Assembly (NCBI GenBank): GCA_964490075.1
Contig: CAZBBK010000057.1
Location: forward strand, 1-39,118
Length of the DNA: 39,118 nucleotides
Source: an uncultured Gemmatimonadota bacterium
Lineage (GTDB): Bacteria; GCA-2686955
Reading direction: 5' to 3'
In this document: positions 8,477-18,376 of the stretch, one piece after another
Layout: each line of letters begins with the position of its first letter
Numbering within the stretch: position 1 is the stretch's first letter
Program-made: the position numbers and the translations under genes
Notes under the pieces: generated by a model
Told to the model about the DNA's origin: nothing
The model's database searches: none
The model's input: only the letters and a program-made list of their open reading frames with translations

Positions 8477-10528
8477 TCAGTCCCCGTTCACTAATCCGAG
8501 GCGCCGCAGCAGCGCATTGGGATCGGGCTCGCGACCGCGAAAGCGCTTGAAGAGCTCCATCGGCTCCTCCTTGTTGCCGGGAGCCAGGATGTGCTCGCGG
8601 AAGTCGGCCGCCACCCGGCGATCGAAGATCCCCTCCTCTTCGAAGCGGGCGAAGGCGTCCGCCTCCAGCACCTCGGCCCAACGGTAGGAGTAGTAGCCGG
8701 CCGAGTAGTTGGCGGCGAAGACGTGCTCGAACGAGGTAGAAAGGCACGAGCCCTCGATCTCGGGAAAGAGGCTGCCGCGCGCGGTCACCCGCCGCTCGAA
8801 CTCGACGATGTCGTCGACCGTGCGCGGATCGGCCGCGAACCAGGCCAGGTCGAGGTCCTCCTGCGTGAAGCGGCGCAGGGTGGCGAGCCCGGCGTGGAAC
8901 TTGCGCGCCTGCTTCAGCTTCGCCGCCAGCTCGGCGGGCACCGGCGCGCCGCTCTCGTGGTGGTGGGCGAAGAGCGCCAACGCCCCGCTCTCGCGCACCC
9001 AATTCTCCATGATCTGCGAGGGCAGCTCGACGAAGTCCCAGTAGACGTTGGGGCTGGCCAGCATCGGGTAGGTACACTTCGAGAGCAGGGCGTGCAGAGC
9101 GTGGCCGAACTCGTGAAATACGATATCGACCTCGCCGGGCGTCAGGAGCGCGGGACGCTCCGGAGTCGAAGGCGTGAGGTTGGCGACAATAAAGAGCAAG
9201 GGGGTCTTCATCACGCCCTTGCGAACGCCCTGGCCGCGCCAGCGCCCGGTGAAGGCGCCCGAGCTCTTGGTCGGTCGCGGGAAGAGATCGAGATAGAGCA
9301 GCCCGAGCTCCTCTCCGGCCTCGTCGACCACGCCGAATACCTTCACGTCTTCATGGTAGACCGGCACCTCCGGCAGCGCGCGGAACTCGAGCCCGTAGAG
9401 CTTGCGGGCGATCGCGAAGGCCCCGTCGATTACGTTTTCGACCTTGAAATAGGGCCGCAAGGCGTCTTCGTCGAAGTCGTAGAGCTCTTCCTTGAGACGC
9501 CGCGCGTAGTAGGCGTAGTCCCAGCGTTGCAGCTCTTCGATCCCGTCCTCCGCGCGCGCATACTCGACGAGCTGCGCCAGCTCGGTCTCGGCGGCCGGGT
9601 GGGCGACGTCGTAGATCTGGTTCTGGAAATCGAAAATCGTCTGCACCGAATCGGCCATGCGCTCCTCCAGCACCAAATGCGCATGGGTTTCGAATCCCAG
9701 CAGGTTGGCGCTCTCATGAAAGAGCGTCGCGATCCGCTTGGCGATCTGCACGTTGTCGTGGTCGTCGCCGAAAGCGACCGCGCCGCGCGCCCGCACCAGC
9801 CTCTCGCGCAGAGCTCGCGACTTGGCATAATCGAGAACCGGTGCCACGCTCGGCTCCTGGAGCGTGAACGCCCAGCCACTCTCGTGGCCGCGCTGCCGGG
9901 CGCAGTGCGCGGCGGCCTCGATCGCCGCCTCCGGCAGCCCCTCGAGCTCGCTCCGGTTCTCGGTGTGGTACAGGAAGGCATGCGTCGAGTTGAGGTTGTT
10001 CTGCGAGAACTTGGGCTGCAGCTGCGAGAGCTCGGCGTCGATCTCGCGCATCCGCTCTTTGCCGGCGTCGTCGAGCAACGCACCGCTGCGCACGAAGCCG
10101 CGGTGGGTCAGCAGGGTCAGACGGCGCTGCTCGGCGTTCATCGACGACGACGCGGCGTTGCGCTGCACCGCATCGATGCGGCGGAAGAGCCCGGGATCGA
10201 GCGAAACACGGCTGAAGAAGGCGCTCGAGCGCGGACCGATTTCTTGCACCAGCGCCTTGAACTCGTCGTCGGAATGAGTCCCCATCAGCCCGTAGAAGAC
10301 GCTCAGTACCTTGCCGACGCGCTCCGACGCGTCGCCCAGGGGCAGCACGCTGTTCTCGAAGGTGGGCGGCTCGTCGCTGGCGGCGATCCGATCCAGCTCG
10401 GCATCGGCCTCGGCGATGGCGCGCTCCAGGGCCGGGACGAAGTGCTCCAGCTCGATCCGATCGAAGGGAACGGCGTCGTGCGGGGTTTCGGTGGGGTCGA
10501 GCAGCGGATTGAAGAGAGGCGTGGGCAC
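8477..10528 (-). CDS. dcp: M3 family metallopeptidase (peptidyl-dipeptidase Dcp/oligopeptidase A-like)
   Basis: NPLL, PTFEN, FHEFGHALH, WDFVELPSQIMENW, YSAGYYSYRWAEVL, FRGREP. GTG 10528 follows GGAG. Confidence 0.93.
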   Translation of the reverse strand: MPTPLFNPLLDPTETPHDAVPFDRIELEHFVPALERAIAEADAELDRIAASDEPPTFENSVLPLGDASERVGKVLSVFYGLMGTHSDDEFKALVQEIGPRSSAFFSRVSLDPGLFRRIDAVQRNAASSSMNAEQRRLTLLTHRGFVRSGALLDDAGKERMREIDAELSQLQPKFSQNNLNSTHAFLYHTENRSELEGLPEAAIEAAAHCARQRGHESGWAFTLQEPSVAPVLDYAKSRALRERLVRARGAVAFGDDHDNVQIAKRIATLFHESANLLGFETHAHLVLEERMADSVQTIFDFQNQIYDVAHPAAETELAQLVEYARAEDGIEELQRWDYAYYARRLKEELYDFDEDALRPYFKVENVIDGAFAIARKLYGLEFRALPEVPVYHEDVKVFGVVDEAGEELGLLYLDLFPRPTKSSGAFTGRWRGQGVRKGVMKTPLLFIVANLTPSTPERPALLTPGEVDIVFHEFGHALHALLSKCTYPMLASPNVYWDFVELPSQIMENWVRESGALALFAHHHESGAPVPAELAAKLKQARKFHAGLATLRRFTQEDLDLAWFAADPRTVDDIVEFERRVTARGSLFPEIEGSCLSTSFEHVFAANYSAGYYSYRWAEVLEADAFARFEEEGIFDRRVAADFREHILAPGNKEEPMELFKRFRGREPDPNALLRRLGLVNGD

Positions 10529-10595
10529 GATGGACTCCGGGCTAGAGGGACAGCCTCGAAGAGTAGCGTACACGGAGGCGGGCGGCGTGGCTGAG

Positions 10596-11633
10596 CTACG
10601 CGGAGTCGAGCGGCACGATCCGCGACCGCGGTCCGCGTCGGGTGCGACGCGCCTTCAGCTCGAGCTCGGCGTCGATCACGTCGGACCATAGCTCCCGAGC
10701 GCTGCGATGTGTCCATCCCAGCTCACGCCGTGCTTTCTCCGCGGAGTAGTTGAACGACGCGGTCGAGTCGACGATTTCGGGAGAGATGAAGGCGGGGAGA
10801 CCCAGCTTCCTTTGCAGCGGCACCAGAGGGGCGAAGAGCGCGCGACACAGCGCCGCGGGCAGCCAGAAGCGGACTCTGAGGGCGCCCGGCCTGGTGGCCC
10901 AGGACGCCAGGATCTCGCGCTGCGTCATCGCGTCCCCGGCAAGGATGTATGTCTCGCCCGGCTGCCCCTTCTCGGCCGCCAGCGCGATCCCCTGCGCCAG
11001 ATCGTCGACATGCACCAGGGTGACGATCCGCTCGGGAGCCCACGCGAGCGGTGGCATCATTCGGTTGAGATACAGGCGCAGGAAGTAGCCGAACGCCGAG
11101 TGATCGTTGGGACCCACGACGGCATTGGGGCAGACGATGACCAGCGGCAGCCCCCCCTCCTGGTAGCGCCGCGCGAGGGCGTGCGCCTCGGTCTTGGTCT
11201 CTTCGTAGCAGGAGCGGCATGGCGTCTGGCGCTCGAAGCTCTCATCGCGAGGCCGCGGGCCGGAGCTACCGAAGGCGATCACCGAGGAGACATGGATCGA
11301 GCGCGGGATGCCGAGCTCCTTCGCCAGCGCCAGCACGTTCTCGGTGCCCGCGACGTTGATCTCGCGCATCAGGTCGCGGGATTCTGGGCGCACGGCGATC
11401 TCGTACCAGGCGGCATTGTGGATCACCAGCCCGGCGCCCGACATTGCCGGGCGCAGCGACTCTCGGCTGGTGACATCGCCCGAGACGCAGTGCGCGCCCA
11501 GCCTGGCCAGGGCGTGGGCCTGCGCGCTGTCGGGGTTGCGCACCAAGGCGACCACCTGCCAGCCACGATCGACCAGCGCTCGGGTGAGGGGACGGCCGAC
11601 GAAGCCCGTGGCTCCGGTCAGGAACACTCGCAT
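10596..11633 (-). CDS. NAD-dependent epimerase/dehydratase (extended SDR, HpnA-like)
   Basis: TGATGFVG, HNAA, NVAGTENV, YEETK (YxxxK), VHVDDLA. Confidence 0.9.
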   Translation of the reverse strand: MRVFLTGATGFVGRPLTRALVDRGWQVVALVRNPDSAQAHALARLGAHCVSGDVTSRESLRPAMSGAGLVIHNAAWYEIAVRPESRDLMREINVAGTENVLALAKELGIPRSIHVSSVIAFGSSGPRPRDESFERQTPCRSCYEETKTEAHALARRYQEGGLPLVIVCPNAVVGPNDHSAFGYFLRLYLNRMMPPLAWAPERIVTLVHVDDLAQGIALAAEKGQPGETYILAGDAMTQREILASWATRPGALRVRFWLPAALCRALFAPLVPLQRKLGLPAFISPEIVDSTASFNYSAEKARRELGWTHRSARELWSDVIDAELELKARRTRRGPRSRIVPLDSA

Positions 11634-11660
11634 CTTCAGCCCCGTCTATACACGAGATCG

Positions 11661-14006
11661 CTATTGTGGAGACACGGTTCCGCGCGTGGCCGCAACCGTG
11701 CGCGTGATGACCGCCGAATGCACCGGGTAGGGCTCGCTGCCGCCCTGCGCTGCCTGGAAGTGAAGCGTGCGCCCGGCGGCGGCCGGTGGGACCGGAAGGC
11801 TGTCCGCGAAGACACCCGCGCTGTCGGCCACTCCCATCATCGCGACATGACCCGCCGGATTGGCGCCCAGATCGATGCCCAGCTCCAGGACCCAACCGGG
11901 CACACTGATGGAGGTGGGCCCCCTGTGCAGCGACCAGAGCACGGCCACGCTCTGGCCGGGATCGGCGCCGCCCACCGTGACGCAGCCCTGCTCCCCGACC
12001 TCGAGCGCATCGACCGCGAGCGACAGGGCCGGCGGCGGGCCGGCGGCGAGCTCCGCCAAGAGGCGCAAGTAGGAGCCCTGAGACGCGAGCTGACACTCGG
12101 TCACCTCCCAGGAATTCTGGGGCCAGCCGGTATTCCAGTCGCGGTAGCTCTTCAGGATCGGCTGGTTCTCTGGCGGCTCGATCGGGGGACCGATGTACTC
12201 CGGAGCGGGTTGGTAGTGAGGATTCACCCCTCCGGTCAGGATCCCCGGCGCCGGTCCATAGAGCGAGTGCAGCGAGCTGTCCCACACCGTTCCATCCTGG
12301 AACCAGGCGTGGTTGGTTTCGGTGATGCTGCCCTCGGCACCGCGTCCGGCCATGTTGGTCAAAAAGCTGTAGCCGACGGGATTGACACCGTGCAGGTAGT
12401 GCAGGAAGTCACTCGCCGCGGACAGGTAGTCGGCGGCATGAACGGGGTCCAGACCGTGGCGGTTCATCGCCGCGTACATGAGGCCCTGCTGCGACTTGGT
12501 GCGGTTGCTCCCCCAGGTATGATCGTCGTCGAAGAGAAAGGCCCGGTAGGCGTCGGCCGCGGACTGCACTCGGCCCAGGTGGTCGGCTCCCTGTAGGAGC
12601 ATTTCGTAGCGCGTATTGATCGCATCGGCCACCGCCGGCGTGGCGCCCGGCAGGGCTGCGTAGAAGAGCAGACCATCTTGGATCTCCTGCTCCCATGGCG
12701 AAGCCCACCACCAGAGGAAGAGGTGGGCGCTCGAATAGCCGGAATCGAAGAAGACGCGATAGATGTCGTCGGAGGTCAGGGCAAAGAGAAACGCCGCGGC
12801 ACGCACCCGGTTCATCTCCTGCCAGTAGGCGTCGTCTTCGGCCGCGGAGCTCGAGAATCCGGCGTTGTCGTAGCTCGACGGTATCTGGCCTGGATTGGCC
12901 TCCAACCAGCTCCATGCAGCCAGGGCGGCGCCGCGGAGCCGAGCTGCGAACGCCCGCATGGTCGGGTCTGGCAGCACGCCGTAGGCGAGCGCCGCCCGCG
13001 CCCAGACGCCGCAGGCCGAAATGGTGGCGGAAGCGGTGGCGGGCGAGTAGCGGCGCTGCCCGGTGTCGGCGCTGGGCGGGCTGGCGGCGCTCCAGTCGGT
13101 GACACCCATCTTGTGAGTCACCGAGCCGTCGGCAAGCTGCATCTTGAGCAGCCAGTCGAGCTCCCACTTGATCTCGTCGAGCAGATCGGGAATGCCGTTG
13201 CCCGATTCCGGCAGGTCGTGGTCATCGCGCCAGCCCTCGGGGTGGGCTTCGTAGGCACCGAGTAGATCGTGCAGCGCGCCGTCGGCGTAGTTGACGTACT
13301 TGTGGTAGTCGCCGGCGTCGTGCCAGCCGCCGGCGAGATCGCGCGCGGAGGCGGGCGAGGGATCGAGCACGTAGCGACAGTCCAGATCCTGCTCGGCACC
13401 GAGATGGCAGGGCGCGTCGACCCAGCTCGAGTCGGCGTAGGGGAGCTCCTTGGGCGTGCCGCAACGCTGGTAGTAGTGAAAACGCAGTGCGTGTGACAAC
13501 GTTTCGGTGAATACGTCGGGCGCGATGGCGAAGCTCTCCGAGCTCACGCCGGTGGCGGGATCGTGGAGATAGAAATCGCCTTCCTCCTGCAAGGAGCTGA
13601 AGTCGAGCCACCACGCGCGATCACCGGACGGCGAGTGGACCTCCCCGCCTTTCCAGGCCGACGCCGAGGCGGAGAAGGCCACGCCGTGGTCGGCGCCGCG
13701 GCGCACCTCGATCGACGCGCCAGGGGTGTATGGGGCGGGCGCGTCGTAGCCGATGACCGGCTCGCGCAGCACCGCCACCTTGCGCCCGAGAGGCAGGTAT
13801 CCGAACTGGTCGACACGCACCTGCGGGTCGGAGGTCTGGAGGGCCGGTGGGGCGGCCGGCGCCGGCGCCGGCGAGAGCAGGATCGCGAGCGTGGCTCCTG
13901 GAACGAAGAGAGCCGATCGAATCCACCGCCCGGCTCGGGCAGGCTTCCTGGAGTGTGAGGGGCATGCACATTCGCGGCGGCGATTCGCCGGGCAAGCTGA
14001 GCTCAT
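11661..14006 (-). CDS. Glycoside hydrolase family 9 with N-terminal Ig-like (CelD_N) domain and an extra C-terminal beta-rich domain
   Basis: RVDQFGYLP..RKVAVL, YYQRCG, DLAGGWHDAGDYHKY, PDLLDEIKWELDWLLKMQ, YLHGVNP, WEVTE. GGAGG precedes ATG. Confidence 0.9.
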   Translation of the reverse strand: MSSACPANRRRECACPSHSRKPARAGRWIRSALFVPGATLAILLSPAPAPAAPPALQTSDPQVRVDQFGYLPLGRKVAVLREPVIGYDAPAPYTPGASIEVRRGADHGVAFSASASAWKGGEVHSPSGDRAWWLDFSSLQEEGDFYLHDPATGVSSESFAIAPDVFTETLSHALRFHYYQRCGTPKELPYADSSWVDAPCHLGAEQDLDCRYVLDPSPASARDLAGGWHDAGDYHKYVNYADGALHDLLGAYEAHPEGWRDDHDLPESGNGIPDLLDEIKWELDWLLKMQLADGSVTHKMGVTDWSAASPPSADTGQRRYSPATASATISACGVWARAALAYGVLPDPTMRAFAARLRGAALAAWSWLEANPGQIPSSYDNAGFSSSAAEDDAYWQEMNRVRAAAFLFALTSDDIYRVFFDSGYSSAHLFLWWWASPWEQEIQDGLLFYAALPGATPAVADAINTRYEMLLQGADHLGRVQSAADAYRAFLFDDDHTWGSNRTKSQQGLMYAAMNRHGLDPVHAADYLSAASDFLHYLHGVNPVGYSFLTNMAGRGAEGSITETNHAWFQDGTVWDSSLHSLYGPAPGILTGGVNPHYQPAPEYIGPPIEPPENQPILKSYRDWNTGWPQNSWEVTECQLASQGSYLRLLAELAAGPPPALSLAVDALEVGEQGCVTVGGADPGQSVAVLWSLHRGPTSISVPGWVLELGIDLGANPAGHVAMMGVADSAGVFADSLPVPPAAAGRTLHFQAAQGGSEPYPVHSAVITRTVAATRGTVSPQ

Positions 14007-14101
14007 CGGGGGCCTCCGTGGTGTGGGGTCGAACGATCGAGCGCTGGGCAGCGGTTCCAGTATTCATCCTAATTCTACTTTGGTAGCTCGGTGCTCGAAC
14101 G

Positions 14102-14130
14102 AACTGGATTCCGGCTTTCGCCGGAATGAC
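14102..14130 (-). repeat. REP-like palindrome GTCATTCCGGCGAAAGCCGGAATCCAG
   Basis: ATTCCGGC-GAAA-GCCGGAAT hairpin on the minus strand; same core as 14266-14295. Confidence 0.7.
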
Positions 14131-14265
14131 GGGGAAGGAGGCGTCAACAAGTGGATCGAGGGCGACGTCTGATTCGAGATGGGCGCACGGCCCCACTCTA
14201 TGGACCGGGCGCCCTTCTGTTCACGTCTGGTCGCGCCGCCCCTGTCTCGACAATCCGCTCCCTAT

Positions 14266-14295
14266 TCGTCGTTCCGGCGAAAGCCGGAATGACGA
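14266..14295 (+). repeat. REP-like hairpin, second copy in opposite orientation
   Basis: TCGTCGTTCCGGC-GAAA-GCCGGAATGACGA, a 13-bp stem with one G-T pair. Confidence 0.7.
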
Positions 14296-14304
14296 GGAGG
14301 GTGG

Positions 14305-16470
14305 TCAGGGGGCGGATTGGCGTCGCGGCAGCTCCCAGCGGCGCCGCTCGAGCAGCTCCACGGCCCGCGAGGGCAGCGCGGGCAGTGCCGCCGCCCGCTG
14401 GAGCTCGGCGCCCTCCGCCACCATGCCGCCGCCGAAGGGTGGACCCAGGCTGAGCGGCAGCTCGAGCGCGGCGCCGGGCAGGCCGCGGCGCCGGAACACG
14501 AAGGCGGCGGTCGAGCGCCAGCGGTCGTCGTCGATGGTGGTTCTCAGCAGCGCCTGCGGCCGCCAGGGGGCCGGCGGGTCGAGCTGCTCGATTCCGGCGA
14601 CCTGGTCCGGGGCATAGAGCCGCAGCGCCAGACAGCGGGCCAGAGCACGCTTCTCTGGATCGAAGAAGAGCTCCGCGCCTTGCAACGCGGGCTCCAGGGC
14701 CAGCGCATGGGCCCAGTGGTCCAGTGCCCGGGCGCGGTCGCCGAGCGCCTCGGCGGAGCGCGCCAGGTGGAACCAAGTGAGCGGTGAGGCCTGGTCGAGC
14801 GCCACCGCCAGGCGCAGCCAGGGGAGAGCTTCGGCGGCGCGGCCGGCCGCCAGCCACGCCTCTCCGGCGCGCGCCGCGAAAGTCGGGGCATGAGGCTGCG
14901 CCCGCGCGGCGTCCTGGCGCAGCCGCGCCAGCTCATCGAGCGACACATTCGATCCCTGGCGCTGCAACAGATCGGCCAGTCCCTGCTGGTAGAAGCCAAG
15001 CGCGGGATCGAGCTCCGCGGCCCGCCGCGCGTGCCTCGCAGCGGCGTCCAGGTCGGAGGGCTCGAGCGTGGCGTCGAGAGCGCGATCCCAGGCTCGATGC
15101 GCGCGGTCGATCGGCAGCAGCCGCACCCACCCCAGGGTCGCGCAGCCTGCCAGAACGAGCGCGGCGACTCGTGCTGCGACTCGCGGATCGGCCACGCCCT
15201 CCGCGGCGGCGGGCGCCCGCCCCGGCGGCGTGCTCGGGGGCCTGGTCCCATCGCTGCGGCCAGCGCCGAGCGCCAGACCCACCGCGAGCGCCAGCAGCGC
15301 ATCGATCGCGGCGAGATGAAGCTGGTAGTCCCCGAGCGCGGCCAGTGCATAGCCGCCCAGCCCGGCGCAGGCCCCGAGGCGCAGGGCACGCTCGCCGCCA
15401 CCGGGGTCGCGAGAAAGACCACGCCAGGCCCGCGCCCAGATCCACCCCGCCAGAGAGAGCGCAAGCACCAATCCCGGCGAGCCGATCTCGAAGAGCAGAT
15501 GGGAGGGCGTGCAGTGCAACTGCGTCACCACCTTGCCGACCTCGTCCGGCTCCCAGCGCTGCACCCGGTAGCGCGGGAATAGCAGCGCCACCGAACCCGC
15601 ACCGAAGCCCCTCATCGGCCGCTCGTCGAATAGCGCTGCCAGCGCTCCGGTCGTGTAGTCGACGCGGTTGCGCAAGGAGAGATCGGCCCCGCCGGTCGCG
15701 ACGGCGACTGCACGGTCGAAGATCCGCGCTCCGCCCGGCGTGAAGGCGATCAGCGCCAGAGCCAGCGCACCGAGCACCGGCCAGCGCCAAAGCCGAGTCT
15801 GGCGGTCCGTGTGCCGCCGCCCGAAATGCACCGCCAGCGTCGCGATCCCCGCCGCTCCCGCGGCACCGAACGCTCCACTCAGCGAGCTGGTTCCGGCCAG
15901 AGTCATCAGCCCGACGACCAACGCCGCCCCCCCCAGCACCCGATCGAAGCGTCTCTTCCCCCCCACCCAACACAATGCCGCCGCCGGACCCAGCAACAGA
16001 ATCAGCGATCCCGCCAAGAAATTATGATGCCCCAACGGAAGCGCAGGCCGGACCGTGATTCCCTGACGATAGGCGATGAAGCTCCAGATTGCGAGCACCA
16101 GCACCATTCCGGCCGAGGCCCGTGCCGTCATAAGAGCCGCACATCGCTCGCGCAGCGTCGCACACGCGACCACCCCCCATCCCAGCGCCCCCGGCAGCGC
16201 CAAGAGCGCCGGCAGCGCCGCGCGCGGCGCGACACTCCGTGAGCCCGCCAGTGCCACCCAGAGCACGCACGCCGCCGCCAACGACGGCACCGCCCGACCC
16301 AGCCGCCGACGCAAGGCTCCATTTCGCCACAACAGCACAGCGCCGGCCCACGCTCCGATCCACTGCAACAGATGTAGAAACGCTGTCTCCTCCCACCCGA
16401 GCACGCCGTAGAAAGTCCCTCCGTGCAGGACCAGGTAGCCGAAACCCGCCAACACCAACCACAGACTCAC
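14305..16470 (-). CDS. O-antigen ligase (Wzy_C) family membrane protein with C-terminal TPR repeats
   Basis: Multi-TM; PLGHHNFLAG, TSSLSG, R..Y...RP.RGFGAGS, QLHCTPSHLLFEIG (H-N-like motif). TPR-like C-terminus. Confidence 0.82.
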   Translation of the reverse strand: MSLWLVLAGFGYLVLHGGTFYGVLGWEETAFLHLLQWIGAWAGAVLLWRNGALRRRLGRAVPSLAAACVLWVALAGSRSVAPRAALPALLALPGALGWGVVACATLRERCAALMTARASAGMVLVLAIWSFIAYRQGITVRPALPLGHHNFLAGSLILLLGPAAALCWVGGKRRFDRVLGGAALVVGLMTLAGTSSLSGAFGAAGAAGIATLAVHFGRRHTDRQTRLWRWPVLGALALALIAFTPGGARIFDRAVAVATGGADLSLRNRVDYTTGALAALFDERPMRGFGAGSVALLFPRYRVQRWEPDEVGKVVTQLHCTPSHLLFEIGSPGLVLALSLAGWIWARAWRGLSRDPGGGERALRLGACAGLGGYALAALGDYQLHLAAIDALLALAVGLALGAGRSDGTRPPSTPPGRAPAAAEGVADPRVAARVAALVLAGCATLGWVRLLPIDRAHRAWDRALDATLEPSDLDAAARHARRAAELDPALGFYQQGLADLLQRQGSNVSLDELARLRQDAARAQPHAPTFAARAGEAWLAAGRAAEALPWLRLAVALDQASPLTWFHLARSAEALGDRARALDHWAHALALEPALQGAELFFDPEKRALARCLALRLYAPDQVAGIEQLDPPAPWRPQALLRTTIDDDRWRSTAAFVFRRRGLPGAALELPLSLGPPFGGGMVAEGAELQRAAALPALPSRAVELLERRRWELPRRQSAP

Positions 16471-16489
16471 CGAGCCACCCCCGGTCTCG

Positions 16490-18376
16490 TCACTCCTCCC
16501 CCGCTTCGTTGATCACCTTGCGCATCAGCTCCGCCCGCGGATCGTTCGGCACCAGCGCCAGGTAGCGACGAAAATAGCGCGCCGCCAGCGCCGGATCGTC
16601 GCGTTTCGACAGGTGGATCACACCGAGGTTCTTCCACGCCTTGGCATAGTTCGGATGCACCGCCACGATCTCCTGGTAGAGGCGCAACGCGGCATCGACC
16701 TCGCCCCGCTGATCGAGTAGGAAGGCGAGCTGGAACTTGGCCGGAATGAAGTTCGGGTTGAGCTCCAGCACCCTGCGCTGTTCCTGCTCGGCGCCCTCCG
16801 GGTCGCCGTCCTCGCGCATCAGGACCGCCCGTTGGTAGCGGCTCTCGACGAAGCCTGGCTGCAACTGCAACGCCCGGTTGAACACCCCCAGCGCGGCCGC
16901 CCGCCGGTTTTGTCGCAAGTAGGCCAGTCCCAGATTGTGGTGGGCGATGGCGCTCTCGGGCGCTCGCGACACCGCCTGCTCCCAGGCCTCGCTCGCCTCG
17001 CGGGTGCGGCCCTGATCGAAGAGCGCCGAGCCGAGCCCCTCATAGCCCTTGGAGCTGCGCGGGTTGGCGCGGATCATCTCCTCGAAGAAGGCCTCGTCGC
17101 TGGAGACCATCCGCGCGCGCGCGCGATCGATCATCACGAAAGATGTCGCGACCAGGGAGAGCGCCACCCAGATCACCGCCGCGCCGCCGCCCTCCGGTCC
17201 GTTCCAGCGCCGCCTCAGGCGCTCCCAGGCCCAGGCGCCCAGCCCGCAGGCTCCCATCATCGGCAGATAGAGATAGCGTTCGGCGAAGTAGTTCGGCAAG
17301 GGATAGAAGCCGGCCACCGGCACCAGCGCGACGAAGAACCATAGCCCCAGAAAACGCCCCGGCCAGCCGCCCGGCAGCCACGCCGCCGCCACGATCCCGG
17401 CCGCCACCGCCGCAGCGGAAGCCAGCGCCCAGGGATCGAGACCGCTCACCGAAGGCGGAAAATATGGATCGACCTGAAGGCCGACCGGCGCCACCACCAG
17501 GCTCATGTAGCGCGCTACGGCGCGCGCCGAGGTCGCCATTCCGCTCCCCCACGAGCCTCCCGGATAAGATGTCGCACCCACTGTCGGGTCGGTCATCAGC
17601 CACAGCACCAGCAGCAGGTAGAGACCGGTCGCAGTGCCATAGCCGAGCCACGCGCGCCATTGCGCGCGCCATGCCGCACCCGCCACCGCGCGCCAGGAGC
17701 CGCGCGACCTTGCCCGGTCCGCCTCACGGACCCGCAACAGGTCCGCCATCATCACCAGCGGCAGGAAGACCACCGCCGACTGCTTGGCCAGCGCGGCCGC
17801 CAGGAAGGCGCCGCCCGCCGCCCAGCGCCGTCCCCGAAGGTGCAACGCACAGGCCGCGCAGACCCCGCCCGCCGCCAGAATATCGTCGCGATAGGAGACC
17901 ACGACCACCGCTTCTGAGAGCACCGGGTGCAGGCCGAAGAGCAGCGCCCCGGCGAAGGCTCCGGCACGCCCCGCCCCCAGCACCACCAGCAGCCAGGCCA
18001 GCGCCCCACACGCACCCAGGTGGTAGAGGAGGCTCATGGCGTGATAGCCGCCGGCCCGGTCGCCGAAGAGGGCGTGGTCGAGGAAGTGGCTCAGCGTCAC
18101 CAGTGGACGATAGCTTTGTTCGCCGGAGCGGGTGTAGTGGCCGGTTTCGGCGCGGTCGAAGTAGGCGCGCGTGACCAGGTCGCGCAAGTTGGCCGGGTCG
18201 CGGATCATCAGGTTCTGCTCGACTACGTAGGTGTCGTCCCAGACCAACACGCCATCGAGCACCGCGCCGTAGGCGATCAAGAGACAGAGCACGAGCAACG
18301 CGCACGCACCGGTCCAGACACGCAGCGCCGCCGCCGGATTCTCGGATGCCGCCAGTTCGGGGGGGAGTGGCGTCAC
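16490..18376 (-). CDS. TMTC-like GT-C glycosyltransferase with C-terminal TPRs
   Basis: VWDD..V.QN, YRPL, LFGLHPVLSEAV, AKQS, FAERYLYLP, then about 5 TPRs. GTG start overlaps the upstream stop (GTGA). Confidence 0.85.
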   Translation of the reverse strand: MTPLPPELAASENPAAALRVWTGACALLVLCLLIAYGAVLDGVLVWDDTYVVEQNLMIRDPANLRDLVTRAYFDRAETGHYTRSGEQSYRPLVTLSHFLDHALFGDRAGGYHAMSLLYHLGACGALAWLLVVLGAGRAGAFAGALLFGLHPVLSEAVVVVSYRDDILAAGGVCAACALHLRGRRWAAGGAFLAAALAKQSAVVFLPLVMMADLLRVREADRARSRGSWRAVAGAAWRAQWRAWLGYGTATGLYLLLVLWLMTDPTVGATSYPGGSWGSGMATSARAVARYMSLVVAPVGLQVDPYFPPSVSGLDPWALASAAAVAAGIVAAAWLPGGWPGRFLGLWFFVALVPVAGFYPLPNYFAERYLYLPMMGACGLGAWAWERLRRRWNGPEGGGAAVIWVALSLVATSFVMIDRARARMVSSDEAFFEEMIRANPRSSKGYEGLGSALFDQGRTREASEAWEQAVSRAPESAIAHHNLGLAYLRQNRRAAALGVFNRALQLQPGFVESRYQRAVLMREDGDPEGAEQEQRRVLELNPNFIPAKFQLAFLLDQRGEVDAALRLYQEIVAVHPNYAKAWKNLGVIHLSKRDDPALAARYFRRYLALVPNDPRAELMRKVINEAGEE

